Assembly (NCBI GenBank): GCA_038745065.1
Contig: JBCDLT010000004.1
Coordinates: forward strand, 69,507 to 133,506
Origin: Pseudomonadota bacterium
GTDB lineage: Bacteria > Pseudomonadota > Alphaproteobacteria > Rhizobiales > JANQQB01
DNA: 64,000 nt
Reading direction: 5' to 3'
Within the stretch, counting starts at the first letter, position 1. Each line of letters begins with the position of its first letter. Positions 37,832 through 46,584 of the stretch are shown piece after piece. The notes below the pieces were generated by a model. The model had not been told where the DNA came from. It searched no databases and saw only the letters and a list, made by a program, of their open reading frames with translations. Both the position numbers and the translations under genes were made by a program.

Positions 37832-38878
37832 GTGCACAAACATCCCCGAAACTTCTTCAAACCGTTGGCCATCGGCGCGCCCGAGCCGTTCCGCGACCTG
37901 CCGGTTACGCTTGAACGCATGATCCATTTCATCCCGCCGCATATCGAAAAAGTGCGGGCCAAGGTCCCGGACCTGATCAACACGGTCGATGTCGTTCTCG
38001 GCAATCTGGAGGACGCCATCCCGAGCGATCAGAAGGAAGCCGCCCGGGCCGGTTTCATCGCGCTGGCGAAACAAAACGAATTCGGTTCGACCGGGCTCTG
38101 GACGCGGGTTAACTGCCTGAACAGTCCGTGGTTTCTCGACGACGTACAGGAAATCGTCGCGGCCGTCGGCGACAAGCTCGATGTGCTGATGCTCCCGAAA
38201 GTCGAAGGGCCCTGGGACATTCATTATATCGATCAATTGCTTGCGCAGCTTGAAGCCCGGCGCGGCGTGAGCCGCCCGATCATGGTGCATGCCATTCTCG
38301 AAACAGCCGAAGGCGTCAAAAACGTCGAGGCGATTGCCGAGGCCAGTCCGCGCATGCATGGCATGAGCCTGGGGCCTGCCGATCTGGCGGCCTCCCGTGG
38401 CATGAAAACCACGCGGGTCGGCGGCGGGCATCCGGACTATTCCGTTGTCGCAGACGGTGCAGAAGATGCCGCCGAGCGCCCCCGCTACCAGCAGGATCTC
38501 TGGCATTACACGATCGCCAAGATGGTGGATGCCTGCCAATCCGCGGGAATCAAGGCGTTTTACGGTCCGTTCGGCGATTTTTCGGATCCGGTCGCCTGCG
38601 AGGCGCAATTCCGCAATGCGTTCCTGCAAGGCTGTCACGGCGCCTGGTCGCTGCATCCCTCGCAGATCGCGATCGCCAAAACGGTGTTCAGTCCGGACGT
38701 CGAGGAAGTGCGGTTCGCGCAGAAGATCCTCGATTCGATGCCCGACGGGACGGGAGCGGTCATGATCGACGGCAAAATGCAGGATGACGCGACCTGGAAA
38801 CAAGCAAAAGTGATCGTCGATCTCGCAAGGTCAGTTTCGGGAAAAGACCCTGAAATGGCAGAGGTTTATGGATATTAA
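37832..38878 (+). CDS. HpcH/CitE-family acyl-CoA lyase, L-malyl-CoA/beta-methylmalyl-CoA (citramalyl-CoA) lyase-like
   Basis: 348 aa. [13 protein letters not shown]...[10 protein letters not shown]...[13 protein letters not shown]...[21 protein letters not shown]...YGPFGDFSD...[17 protein letters not shown] matches my recollection of the 348-aa Mcl type. Confidence 0.75.
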   Translation: MHKHPRNFFKPLAIGAPEPFRDLPVTLERMIHFIPPHIEKVRAKVPDLINTVDVVLGNLEDAIPSDQKEAARAGFIALAKQNEFGSTGLWTRVNCLNSPWFLDDVQEIVAAVGDKLDVLMLPKVEGPWDIHYIDQLLAQLEARRGVSRPIMVHAILETAEGVKNVEAIAEASPRMHGMSLGPADLAASRGMKTTRVGGGHPDYSVVADGAEDAAERPRYQQDLWHYTIAKMVDACQSAGIKAFYGPFGDFSDPVACEAQFRNAFLQGCHGAWSLHPSQIAIAKTVFSPDVEEVRFAQKILDSMPDGTGAVMIDGKMQDDATWKQAKVIVDLARSVSGKDPEMAEVYGY

Positions 38879-38960
38879 GGGAAATCCGTCCCGGGGTCTG
38901 GACGGGTCTGCGGCACCACCCTATGATAGTGAGTTGGCGTTCACGGTTTATAACGAGAGC

Positions 38961-39287
38961 ATGTTCAGAACCGCGAAATTCAGTATCGGACAGGTTGTAA
39001 AGCACCGGATATTTCCGTTCCGGGGCGTGATTTTCGACGTTGATCCGACGTTCGACAATACCGAAGAATGGTGGCAATCCATCCCGGAAGAAATTCGGCC
39101 GTCCAAGGACCAACCGTTCTATCACCTGTTCGCCGAAAACGACGATACCGAATACGTCGCCTATGTGTCGGAACAAAACCTCATCCCCGACGAGTCCGGC
39201 GATCCCATCCGGCATCCGCAGGTCAACGAGATCTTCGAGGAAACCGAAGACGGCGTCTATCGGTCCCGCGACCTCTACTACAACTGA
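38961..39287 (+). CDS. hspQ: Heat-shock protein HspQ (hemimethylated-DNA-binding YccV domain)
   Basis: MFRTAKFSIGQVVKHRIFPFRGVIFDVDP...PFYHLFAEN...AYVSEQNL is typical of HspQ. Start moved to ATG 38961. Confidence 0.8.
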   Translation: MFRTAKFSIGQVVKHRIFPFRGVIFDVDPTFDNTEEWWQSIPEEIRPSKDQPFYHLFAENDDTEYVAYVSEQNLIPDESGDPIRHPQVNEIFEETEDGVYRSRDLYYN

Positions 39288-39547
39288 TTTTACCTGACAG
39301 AGTTCACTGGACCCTCTCGGTCAGCCACACCGCAAAAACTCAATCTTGCGGGACGCTCACATATACGCACGGGCTCCTGAACAGGCAGGTCCGCCGGAAG
39401 CCGAACCGGGCATTCCGGATTTGCGTCGATCTGCCGTGAGTATCGGGTGTCTACTTAAGAACCTTTGCGTTCATGCTGGGTGTAACGCCCGGTTTTCCGG
39501 TCCTGAGACCCGACGGGCATGCCATGCTCGGAAAAAGGAGCCGTACC

Positions 39548-39940
39548 ATGAGCCTCAATGAGATCAGAAACTTCGACTACACAATCCTGCTGTGCAGCAA
39601 GATGCAGGAAACCTGCGCTTTCTATCGCGACGTCATGAAGTTTCCCGTCGAGACCGAGCGCGAAAACTGGGTCAGCTTCCGGGTCGGCGCCACGCTCCTG
39701 ACACTGCGGCCCCGCGGATCCTGGAGCGTGTGTGACGACGGGGCTCGGGCGCCTGGATCGGCGGCGGTCCAGCTTGCCTTCCGGGTCCCGCCGCCAGCCG
39801 TCGATGCGTGCCATCAGGAGCTGGTTGACAAGGGAGTGGAAATTCTGAGGGGGCCGACCGATCTGCCGGACTGGCGGCACCGCACTCTGTTTTTTCGCGA
39901 TCCGGAAGACAACATCGTCGAGATCTATGCCGAATATTGA
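39548..39940 (+). CDS. VOC-family (glyoxalase/bleomycin-resistance/dioxygenase) protein
   Basis: 130 aa, FDYTILLCSKMQETCAFYRDVMKF...LFFRDPEDNIVEIY. ATG 39548 follows AAAGGAG. Confidence 0.8.
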   Translation: MSLNEIRNFDYTILLCSKMQETCAFYRDVMKFPVETERENWVSFRVGATLLTLRPRGSWSVCDDGARAPGSAAVQLAFRVPPPAVDACHQELVDKGVEILRGPTDLPDWRHRTLFFRDPEDNIVEIYAEY

Positions 39941-40052
39941 AACCGGCCTCATGTCCGGACTCGAACCGACACTCTGACGCGCCCGCCATCCACCAAGTTT
40001 GCTGGCACCGCTTGTCGGGATCGGATACAAACGAAAGATCAAGAGGTTGCCG

Positions 40053-41546
40053 GTGTTCGCCAATCCGTTGCTCATTGTCGCTCTTCTGACCACCGGTGCG
40101 ATCGCCGTATGGGGGCTTGTCGACACGGCTGGACTGGCCACTCTGTCCGCCTCGCTCGTGCATATTCAGTTCACCAGCCGCGCCTGGTTCATCATGCTGA
40201 CGGTCAGTTTCCTGCTGATCGTGACGATCTGGCTGGCGTTGTCGCGTTTCGGGTCGCTGCGGCTCGGTCGCGACGACGAAAAGCCGGAATTCTCCACCAT
40301 CTCCTGGCTGACGATGCTGTTTTCCGCCGGCATGGGCGTCGGGCTTTTGTACTGGGGCGCCGCAGAACCGTTGACCCATTACCTGGCCCTGACCGAATTG
40401 GACGAATCCCGCGAGGCGGCCGCCAGCGCTCTGTTTCTGACGCTGTTTCACTGGGGCATCCATGCCTGGACGATCTATGCAATCACCGGTTTGGTGATCG
40501 CCTTTTTCGGGTTCCGACTGGGATGCCCAAGCCTGGTGAGCGCGCCGATCGGCAAGGTGTTCGGCGCTTATCCGATCGCAAAGACCGTCGGTTGGATCTG
40601 CGACCTGATGGCAATCGTGGCGGTTGCGATTGGTCTCGGCGGTTCCATCGCCATGGGGGTGTTCCAGATCAAGGAGGGCGTTGAGGCCCTGTTCGGCCTG
40701 AGCAATACGGGCGCACTTCTCACCTACGTGATTTTCGGCGTCCTCGTGCTTGCCTACATCCTCCCGCTCACGGTCGACCTGCAGAAGGGCATGGCGGTGC
40801 TGTCGAACACGGCCATGGGGATCGCCGGCGCTCTCATGGTCTTTATCCTGATCGCCGGGCCAACCCATTACATTATGGGCGGCATCACCCAGAGCATCGG
40901 GGACTATCTCGGCAATGTCGTCACGCACGGGTTTCGCACCTTCACCTTCATGGATGAGCGCGTCGAAAGCTGGTTCCAGTCCTGGACCCTGAATTACATG
41001 GTCTGGTGGATCGCCTGGGCGCCGTTCGTCGGCGTCTTCATCGCCCGGATATCGCGGGGCCGAACCATTCGGGAATTCCTGATGGGCGTCGTGCTGGTGC
41101 CGACGGCGTTTTCCATTCTCTGGTTCGGCACGTTCGGCAGCGCCGGCTTTCATGCTGCGCTCAGGACAGATCTTCCGATCCTTGATGTCGTGCGCGGCAA
41201 TGTCAGTGCGGTGACGTTCTATGTGCTCGATCACATGCCGTTGCCGACCTTGACGATCGCCGCCGTCGTCGGTGCCGCCTTCCTGTTCATTGTGACCAGC
41301 GTCGTCAGTGCGGCGTTCGTTCTCAGCATGTTTTCCACCAGCGGCAGCCTTGACCCGCCGGTCCGCGTGAAACTGGCATGGGGCGGCCTTCTGGGAGCGC
41401 TCGGGCTTGTCATGATCCTGTCCGGCAATATCGATACGGTGAAATCGATTATCGCGCTCGGAGCCCTGCCCTTCGTCTTCGTCTTGCTGCTGCTTGTGGT
41501 GTGTTTTCTGAAGGCGTTGAAGGCTGAAAGGATCCCTGTTTCATGA
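40053..41546 (+). CDS. BCCT-family (betaine/carnitine/choline/DMSP-type) transporter
   Basis: FSAGMGVGLLYWGAAEP and the Trp-rich TLNYMVWWIAWAPFVGVFIARISRGRTIREF box. GTG 40053 follows AAGAGG by 6 nt; the ORF is open back to TTG 39999. Confidence 0.85.
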   Translation: MFANPLLIVALLTTGAIAVWGLVDTAGLATLSASLVHIQFTSRAWFIMLTVSFLLIVTIWLALSRFGSLRLGRDDEKPEFSTISWLTMLFSAGMGVGLLYWGAAEPLTHYLALTELDESREAAASALFLTLFHWGIHAWTIYAITGLVIAFFGFRLGCPSLVSAPIGKVFGAYPIAKTVGWICDLMAIVAVAIGLGGSIAMGVFQIKEGVEALFGLSNTGALLTYVIFGVLVLAYILPLTVDLQKGMAVLSNTAMGIAGALMVFILIAGPTHYIMGGITQSIGDYLGNVVTHGFRTFTFMDERVESWFQSWTLNYMVWWIAWAPFVGVFIARISRGRTIREFLMGVVLVPTAFSILWFGTFGSAGFHAALRTDLPILDVVRGNVSAVTFYVLDHMPLPTLTIAAVVGAAFLFIVTSVVSAAFVLSMFSTSGSLDPPVRVKLAWGGLLGALGLVMILSGNIDTVKSIIALGALPFVFVLLLLVVCFLKALKAERIPVS

Positions 41547-41689
41547 ATCCGCTGCTCGATACGATCATGAATCTGGAAGTCTTTGCATTCATCGGCCTGA
41601 TGGTCTGGCTGTATCTCAGGCCGACGGAAATCGACCGACAGGGATCGCCGGCCCCTGACGACCCGGATGACGTGAAACGGGAAGCTTAA
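41543..41689 (+). CDS. Candidate 48-aa single-TM small protein, translationally coupled to the BCCT gene
   Basis: The ATG overlaps the BCCT stop (ATGA at 41543-41546). Translation: MNPLLDTIMNLEVFAFIGLMVWLYLRPTEIDRQGSPAPDDPDDVKREA, one hydrophobic helix plus an acidic tail. It is below the ORF-track length cut-off. Confidence 0.4.
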   Translation: MNPLLDTIMNLEVFAFIGLMVWLYLRPTEIDRQGSPAPDDPDDVKREA

Positions 41690-41720
41690 GCGGCACAATC
41701 AAGCCTTCGCGAGGAAGGAC

Positions 41721-42275
41721 ATGGCCGGTAGTGAACAGCACCGATCGTTGCGAGACCGTCTTGACGCACGCGAAGTTAGTATCCGCGGCAAGGACGGCAA
41801 AGACTATGTTCTGCGTCCCATCCAGCCCGCGGACGCCCCATCGCTCATCCGCGGATACGACGCGATGTCGGAGCGGGGCAAATGGTTTCGCATGCTGCAT
41901 GCCGTGCCGCATTTAACCGATGAGATGGCACGAGAATTCTGCGCGCCCGACCCGCAGACCGAATGCTGCGTCGTGATCGACGGTCGGGATGATCTGTCCG
42001 ACGAAATTCTGGGCGGCGCGCGGGTTGCCGGTCTCGGTCCCGGCAAGGCAGCGGAATTTTCCGTCTCGCTTCGACCGGAGGCCCGCGGCCTTGGCCTGGC
42101 GCGACAGGCGCTGGAGACCGTGATCGAGGTGGCGCGCGAGACCGGAAACACCGAGGTCTGGGGTCTTATCGCCCGTCAGAATTCGGCAATGCTGAAGCTT
42201 GCCGAACGGGTTGGTTTCCAGAACAAGCGCGACCTGGACGACATCTCCTTGATCCGCGCAACCATTGCCCTTTGA
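41721..42275 (+). CDS. GNAT-family N-acetyltransferase
   Basis: 184 aa with the acetyl-CoA-binding core RPEARGLGLARQALETVIEVARE. Confidence 0.75.
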   Translation: MAGSEQHRSLRDRLDAREVSIRGKDGKDYVLRPIQPADAPSLIRGYDAMSERGKWFRMLHAVPHLTDEMAREFCAPDPQTECCVVIDGRDDLSDEILGGARVAGLGPGKAAEFSVSLRPEARGLGLARQALETVIEVARETGNTEVWGLIARQNSAMLKLAERVGFQNKRDLDDISLIRATIAL

Positions 42276-42287
42276 CGCCGGCGCTCG

Positions 42288-43496
42288 TCACAAACCGACG
42301 AAATAACCGATGACAAAAGCGTTGGTGATGTCGACAAAGAACGCACCGACCAGCGGCAGGATGATGAAGGCGGTCGGCGCCGGTCCGTGCGTCTTCGTAA
42401 CCGCGGTCATGTTGGCGATCGCCGTCGGTGTGGCGCCGAGCGCGAACCCAGCGAAACCGGCGCTCAAAACAGTCGCGAGATAGTCGCGCCCCATCAGCGG
42501 AAACAGGACAAAAATGATGAACAAGACGGTCGCGATGGCCTGCATGGCCAAGAGGATCAGGAGCGGTCCGGCAAGCCCCGCAATCGTCCACAATTGCATG
42601 CCCATCAGCGACATCGCGATGAACAGGCCGAGCGAGAAGTCCGACACAAGCGCCAGGGCCTTCGTGCGGGCCGGCCAACGGACGGCGGGCAGCATGTGCG
42701 GCACCGTGTTTGACAGCAGGATGGCGACCAGCAGACACGACACGAACAGCGGCAGCTTGATGCCGGTGGTCTCGATGGCCGCGTTCAGAAAGAAACCGAG
42801 GACCATTGCAATGTGCAGGACCAGAATGACCCGCATGATCGCAATATGGTCAACCGCATCTTCCTCCGGGCTTTCATAGGGCAGACCCACCATGTGCCCG
42901 TCGGCCGGACTGTCGGCAATGCCGTGGCGGGCAATCAGGAACTTGGCGATCGGTCCGCCAAGGACGGAGGCGACTACAAGACCGAGCGTTGCCGCCGCCA
43001 CGCCGACCTCGAGCGCGTTCGGTACGCCGTAATTCGCCGCAATATCGGGGGCCCAGGCGATGGCCGTGCCGTGCCCGCCGATCAGCGAGGCCGATCCGAC
43101 GAGGACTCCGATCGCATTGGGTTGGCCAAGCAGCGCCGCTCCGGTTACGCCGACAATGTTCTGGAAAACGATATAGGCCAGGGTAAGGCCCAGAAAGATG
43201 GCCAATGGGCGCCCGCCCGCCAGCAGATCGGCGATCCGGGCGTTCAGGCCGATCGACGTGAAAAAGTAGATCAGAAGCAAGTCCCGCGTTTCCAGTTCGT
43301 AGGAGATCTCGATACCGGTCGCTACGAACACCGCAAGACCGAAAAGCGCCGCGATGATGCCGCCGGTTACGGGTTCGGGAATGTTGTAGTCGCGCAGGAT
43401 CGCGAAACGCCCGTTAAGACGCATGCCGATGAAGTACACAACGATGCCGATCGTGTAGGCCAGAAAGTCGGGAACGGTCAGGGCCGTGTCTTCCAT
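42288..43496 (-). CDS. gltS: Sodium/glutamate symporter
   Basis: 402-aa polytopic protein. The N-terminus VPDFLAYTIGIVVYFIGMRLNGRFAILRDYNIPEPVTGG is typical of GltS. Confidence 0.85.
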   Translation of the reverse strand: MEDTALTVPDFLAYTIGIVVYFIGMRLNGRFAILRDYNIPEPVTGGIIAALFGLAVFVATGIEISYELETRDLLLIYFFTSIGLNARIADLLAGGRPLAIFLGLTLAYIVFQNIVGVTGAALLGQPNAIGVLVGSASLIGGHGTAIAWAPDIAANYGVPNALEVGVAAATLGLVVASVLGGPIAKFLIARHGIADSPADGHMVGLPYESPEEDAVDHIAIMRVILVLHIAMVLGFFLNAAIETTGIKLPLFVSCLLVAILLSNTVPHMLPAVRWPARTKALALVSDFSLGLFIAMSLMGMQLWTIAGLAGPLLILLAMQAIATVLFIIFVLFPLMGRDYLATVLSAGFAGFALGATPTAIANMTAVTKTHGPAPTAFIILPLVGAFFVDITNAFVIGYFVGL

Positions 43497-43675
43497 GGAT
43501 CAAATCCTTGCCGCCGCAACAAGAGCCGCTAGTGTCGAGGGACGGTTCCTCGCGATCCGGTCGGCACTGTCGCCGGCCCGGAACACGCACAGCGTTCCCT
43601 TGACACCGATCAACGGCCGTTCCTTTCTGATAACGCACCGTTGCGCCTGCAGCCACCTGGAACAAGGATCAAGCT

Positions 43676-43906
43676 ATGGCATTCGAGGACCTGGTTACCC
43701 GCATCAACCTGCTTTTTGCGGAAATGGAGAACCAGCCGGAGGACGCCCATGAATTGCTGGAACAGATTCGTCTGGAGCTCAACCAGCTACGGGCGACCGG
43801 ACAGCCGCTGCCGGAAGACCTGGTCCGGCTGGAAAAACGCCTTGAGGAAGAGTTTGAAGCCGCCGCATCCAACGCGGCAGGAGACGACAGCGCGGGTTCG
43901 GAATAG
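43676..43906 (+). CDS. Small acidic helical hypothetical protein (76 aa)
   Basis: MAFEDLVTRINLLFAEMENQPEDAHELLEQIRLELNQLR... has coding-like codon bias. No family recognised. Confidence 0.5.
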   Translation: MAFEDLVTRINLLFAEMENQPEDAHELLEQIRLELNQLRATGQPLPEDLVRLEKRLEEEFEAAASNAAGDDSAGSE

Positions 43907-43908
43907 CC

Positions 43909-44748
43909 CTATAATCCCCGCGGGACCATCACGGTCGGTCGGGACGGCAGCGAGTTGAGCGACAACGTCACGGTTCGACCATCCAGAAACTTGTGATCTA
44001 CCTTGTCACCCAACAGGGCAATGAAGTCTGCCGGGGTCGCCCATCCGCGGGCATGCATGGGCAGGATGACGCTGGAGCGCAGGCGGTCGATGATCTCGGC
44101 CATGCCGTCAAGGCTGAGCGTCAGTCCGCCGTCGATCGGTACCATGACAACATCGAGTCGCCCGATCTGGGCGAAATGACCGTCGGTCAGCGCGTGGTGC
44201 AGATGGCCGAGATGGCCGATGCACAAGCCGGCAATCTCGAAAATGAAAATCGAATTGGTATCGGGCAACCGGAGCCCGCCGCGCACGATGTCGGTCGTGA
44301 CATTGCGGACGAGCACGTCATCGACGACAACGTAATGCCGCGCCTTGCCACCCTCCGGATCCCAGCCGCGCAGAACGTACTCGATCGCAGGGTCGGGATA
44401 GTCCGTATAATGGGTGCTATGCGCCCGGTTCATAGTCACGACACGCGGCACCGTCTGGCCGGCGTAGCCGGCATAATCGGTGGCGATCGACACACCGCCG
44501 GCGGATTCGATCAGGTAGGTCGAATGCGTCACGAAGGTGATGCGCACTTCGTAAGTGTTGACGCTGGCCTGGATGGCGGGCACGCCGGCCGGGTCGAAAG
44601 ACGCATAGGTGACGCCGGGCAGCGATTGTGCGATCGCCGCGCATGCCGAGGGTCTCGGATCGGTCTGCGCCATAGCCGGTGAGAGGAAGCCGAGAACCGT
44701 CCCCAGAGCTCCGAAAACTAAGGCTGCAATCCGTATCCGAAAGGCCAT
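43909..44748 (-). CDS. Secreted MBL-fold (beta-lactamase superfamily) hydrolase-like protein
   Basis: Signal peptide MAFRIRIAALVFGALGTVLGFLSPAMAQ. FVTHSTYLIE and IGHLGHLHH blocks resemble a degenerate metallo-beta-lactamase fold. Start moved to ATG 44748, which has a GGAGG RBS. Confidence 0.55.
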   Translation of the reverse strand: MAFRIRIAALVFGALGTVLGFLSPAMAQTDPRPSACAAIAQSLPGVTYASFDPAGVPAIQASVNTYEVRITFVTHSTYLIESAGGVSIATDYAGYAGQTVPRVVTMNRAHSTHYTDYPDPAIEYVLRGWDPEGGKARHYVVVDDVLVRNVTTDIVRGGLRLPDTNSIFIFEIAGLCIGHLGHLHHALTDGHFAQIGRLDVVMVPIDGGLTLSLDGMAEIIDRLRSSVILPMHARGWATPADFIALLGDKVDHKFLDGRTVTLSLNSLPSRPTVMVPRGL

Positions 44749-45038
44749 AGGCCCCTCCTCTGCTCGTTCAGAAGACAGCGCCGCGCGATGCCGGTGTCCA
44801 ACGGACCGCCGGTTGCCGCACAGACGCCCAGCAGGATAACAGGGAATGGCGGCTTTGCCAGTCAAAGGCCACCTTGTGGCGCGTTGCCGCAAGGACGGAA
44901 CCCGGAAAACGAGACCTCATCCGACGCGGATCTCTTGCTGGTTTGTCTTATATCGGGTGTTTCGATGTGGTAGGACGGGCCGATCCACCGTCCGGCTCGC
45001 GGCGTATCGCCCGGCCGATCACCCGTCCGGTTCGTCCC

Positions 45039-45941
45039 ATGCCAGCCGACCGTCCCCTGCTCGGCATTTTTCTGATGCTGGGTTTTTGCGCCGTGGCGCC
45101 GCTTGGCGACGCCATCGCCAAGCTGCTCGGCGAGACCATCCCGCTCCTGCAACTCCTGGTCGTCCGGTTTGCGGTACAGGCCATCGTGTTGGTGCCGCTG
45201 GTCTGGGCCACGGATCGCCCGCTCGGCATGCCGCGTCGGATTTTCAGGCTGACGGTCGTGCGCACGATTCTGCAGATTTTCGGGATCGGCGCCATGTTCA
45301 CCGCGCTGCGGTTCCTGCCACTCGCCGATGCTTTGGCGATAGCCTTTGTCATGCCCTTCATCATGCTGCTGCTCGGCCGTTTCGTGCTTGCCGAGGAAGT
45401 CGGCATGCGCCGGTTGTCGGCCTGTGCCGTGGGATTCATCGGAACACTGCTTGTCATACAGCCGAGCTTTGCAGCCGTGGGCGCCGCAGCACTGTTGCCG
45501 CTGGTGGTGGCAGTCACGTTCGCGCTGTTCATGCTGGTTACCCGGCAGATCGCCAAGGAAACCGATCCGATCGCGCTGCAGGCCGTCAGCGGCCTGATTG
45601 CGACGGGCCTTCTCATACTCTTTCTGCTAGCCGGACGAGCGGCTCATCTGCCGGGCTTTGCCTTCGTCACGCCAACGTTTGCCGAAGGCATGCTGCTTGC
45701 TGCCGTCGGTGTCCTTGGAACCGGTGCCCACCTCCTGATGACATGGTCGCTGCGCTTTGCACCCTCCGCGACGCTCGCCCCGATGCAATATCTGGAAATC
45801 CCCATCGCCACCGTGATCGGGTGGATGATTTTCCGGGATCTGCCGAACGGTTTGGCCGCGCTCGGCATCGCCATCACGATCGGCGCCGGCCTTTACGTCG
45901 TATTCCGCGAAAGGGCGCTTGCCCGCAGCCGGGAGGCCTGA
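45039..45941 (+). CDS. DMT-superfamily (EamA-like) transporter
   Basis: About 300-aa protein with about ten hydrophobic segments and a two-EamA-repeat layout. Start moved to ATG 45039. Confidence 0.8.
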   Translation: MPADRPLLGIFLMLGFCAVAPLGDAIAKLLGETIPLLQLLVVRFAVQAIVLVPLVWATDRPLGMPRRIFRLTVVRTILQIFGIGAMFTALRFLPLADALAIAFVMPFIMLLLGRFVLAEEVGMRRLSACAVGFIGTLLVIQPSFAAVGAAALLPLVVAVTFALFMLVTRQIAKETDPIALQAVSGLIATGLLILFLLAGRAAHLPGFAFVTPTFAEGMLLAAVGVLGTGAHLLMTWSLRFAPSATLAPMQYLEIPIATVIGWMIFRDLPNGLAALGIAITIGAGLYVVFRERALARSREA

Positions 45942-45968
45942 CGGTTACCTGGCAAGGTCCTCGGTGGC

Positions 45969-46502
45969 TCAGACGGCGCCTCGCACGATCGCCATGACAT
46001 GCGCATCGATCGGGCGGCCATCCCACCAAAGAGCCTGCCGCCGGGTGCCCTCGTGCACAAATCCGGCCTTTTCGTAGACATGCCGGGCGCGCGGGTTGAA
46101 GGCAAAGACCTCGAGTTCGATGCGGTTGAGACCGAGCTGCTCGAAGCCGAACCGGATCAACAGCCGGGTCGCCTCAGAGCCATATCCCCGATCCCGGTGC
46201 CGCCGATACCAGATGGCTATTCGAAAGGACGCCGAACGGTTGGCACGGTGCCAGTCGTTCAGGACGGTTTCGCCGATCGTTTCGCCATCAACGACAATCG
46301 CATAATCGACCCGATTGTCCGCCAGCTCGACGAGGCGGCAATGATCCGTGACGTCGTCCAGCGAATAGGTTTCGTGGGTGCCGGTCAGGCGCATCGATTC
46401 CGCATCGCTCAACGACGCATGCATGGCCGGCGCATCGGCGATCGTTATCGGTCGCAGAATCACCCGCTTGCCTGTAAGGATCGGCTTGCGCAAAGCGGTC
46501 AT
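45969..46502 (-). CDS. GNAT-family N-acetyltransferase (RimJ/RimL-like)
   Basis: LRPITIADA...IWYRRHRDRGYGSEATRLLIRFGFEQLGLNRIELEVFAFNPRARHVYEKAGF. Confidence 0.85.
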   Translation of the reverse strand: MTALRKPILTGKRVILRPITIADAPAMHASLSDAESMRLTGTHETYSLDDVTDHCRLVELADNRVDYAIVVDGETIGETVLNDWHRANRSASFRIAIWYRRHRDRGYGSEATRLLIRFGFEQLGLNRIELEVFAFNPRARHVYEKAGFVHEGTRRQALWWDGRPIDAHVMAIVRGAV

Positions 46503-46584
46503 GGCTGCTTCATCGGCGTCCGTCTAAGGCCGCCGAAGGACGCAAGAAGGGTCTTTGACCTTTCGCTTCGGCGCGGGAGCCTGC

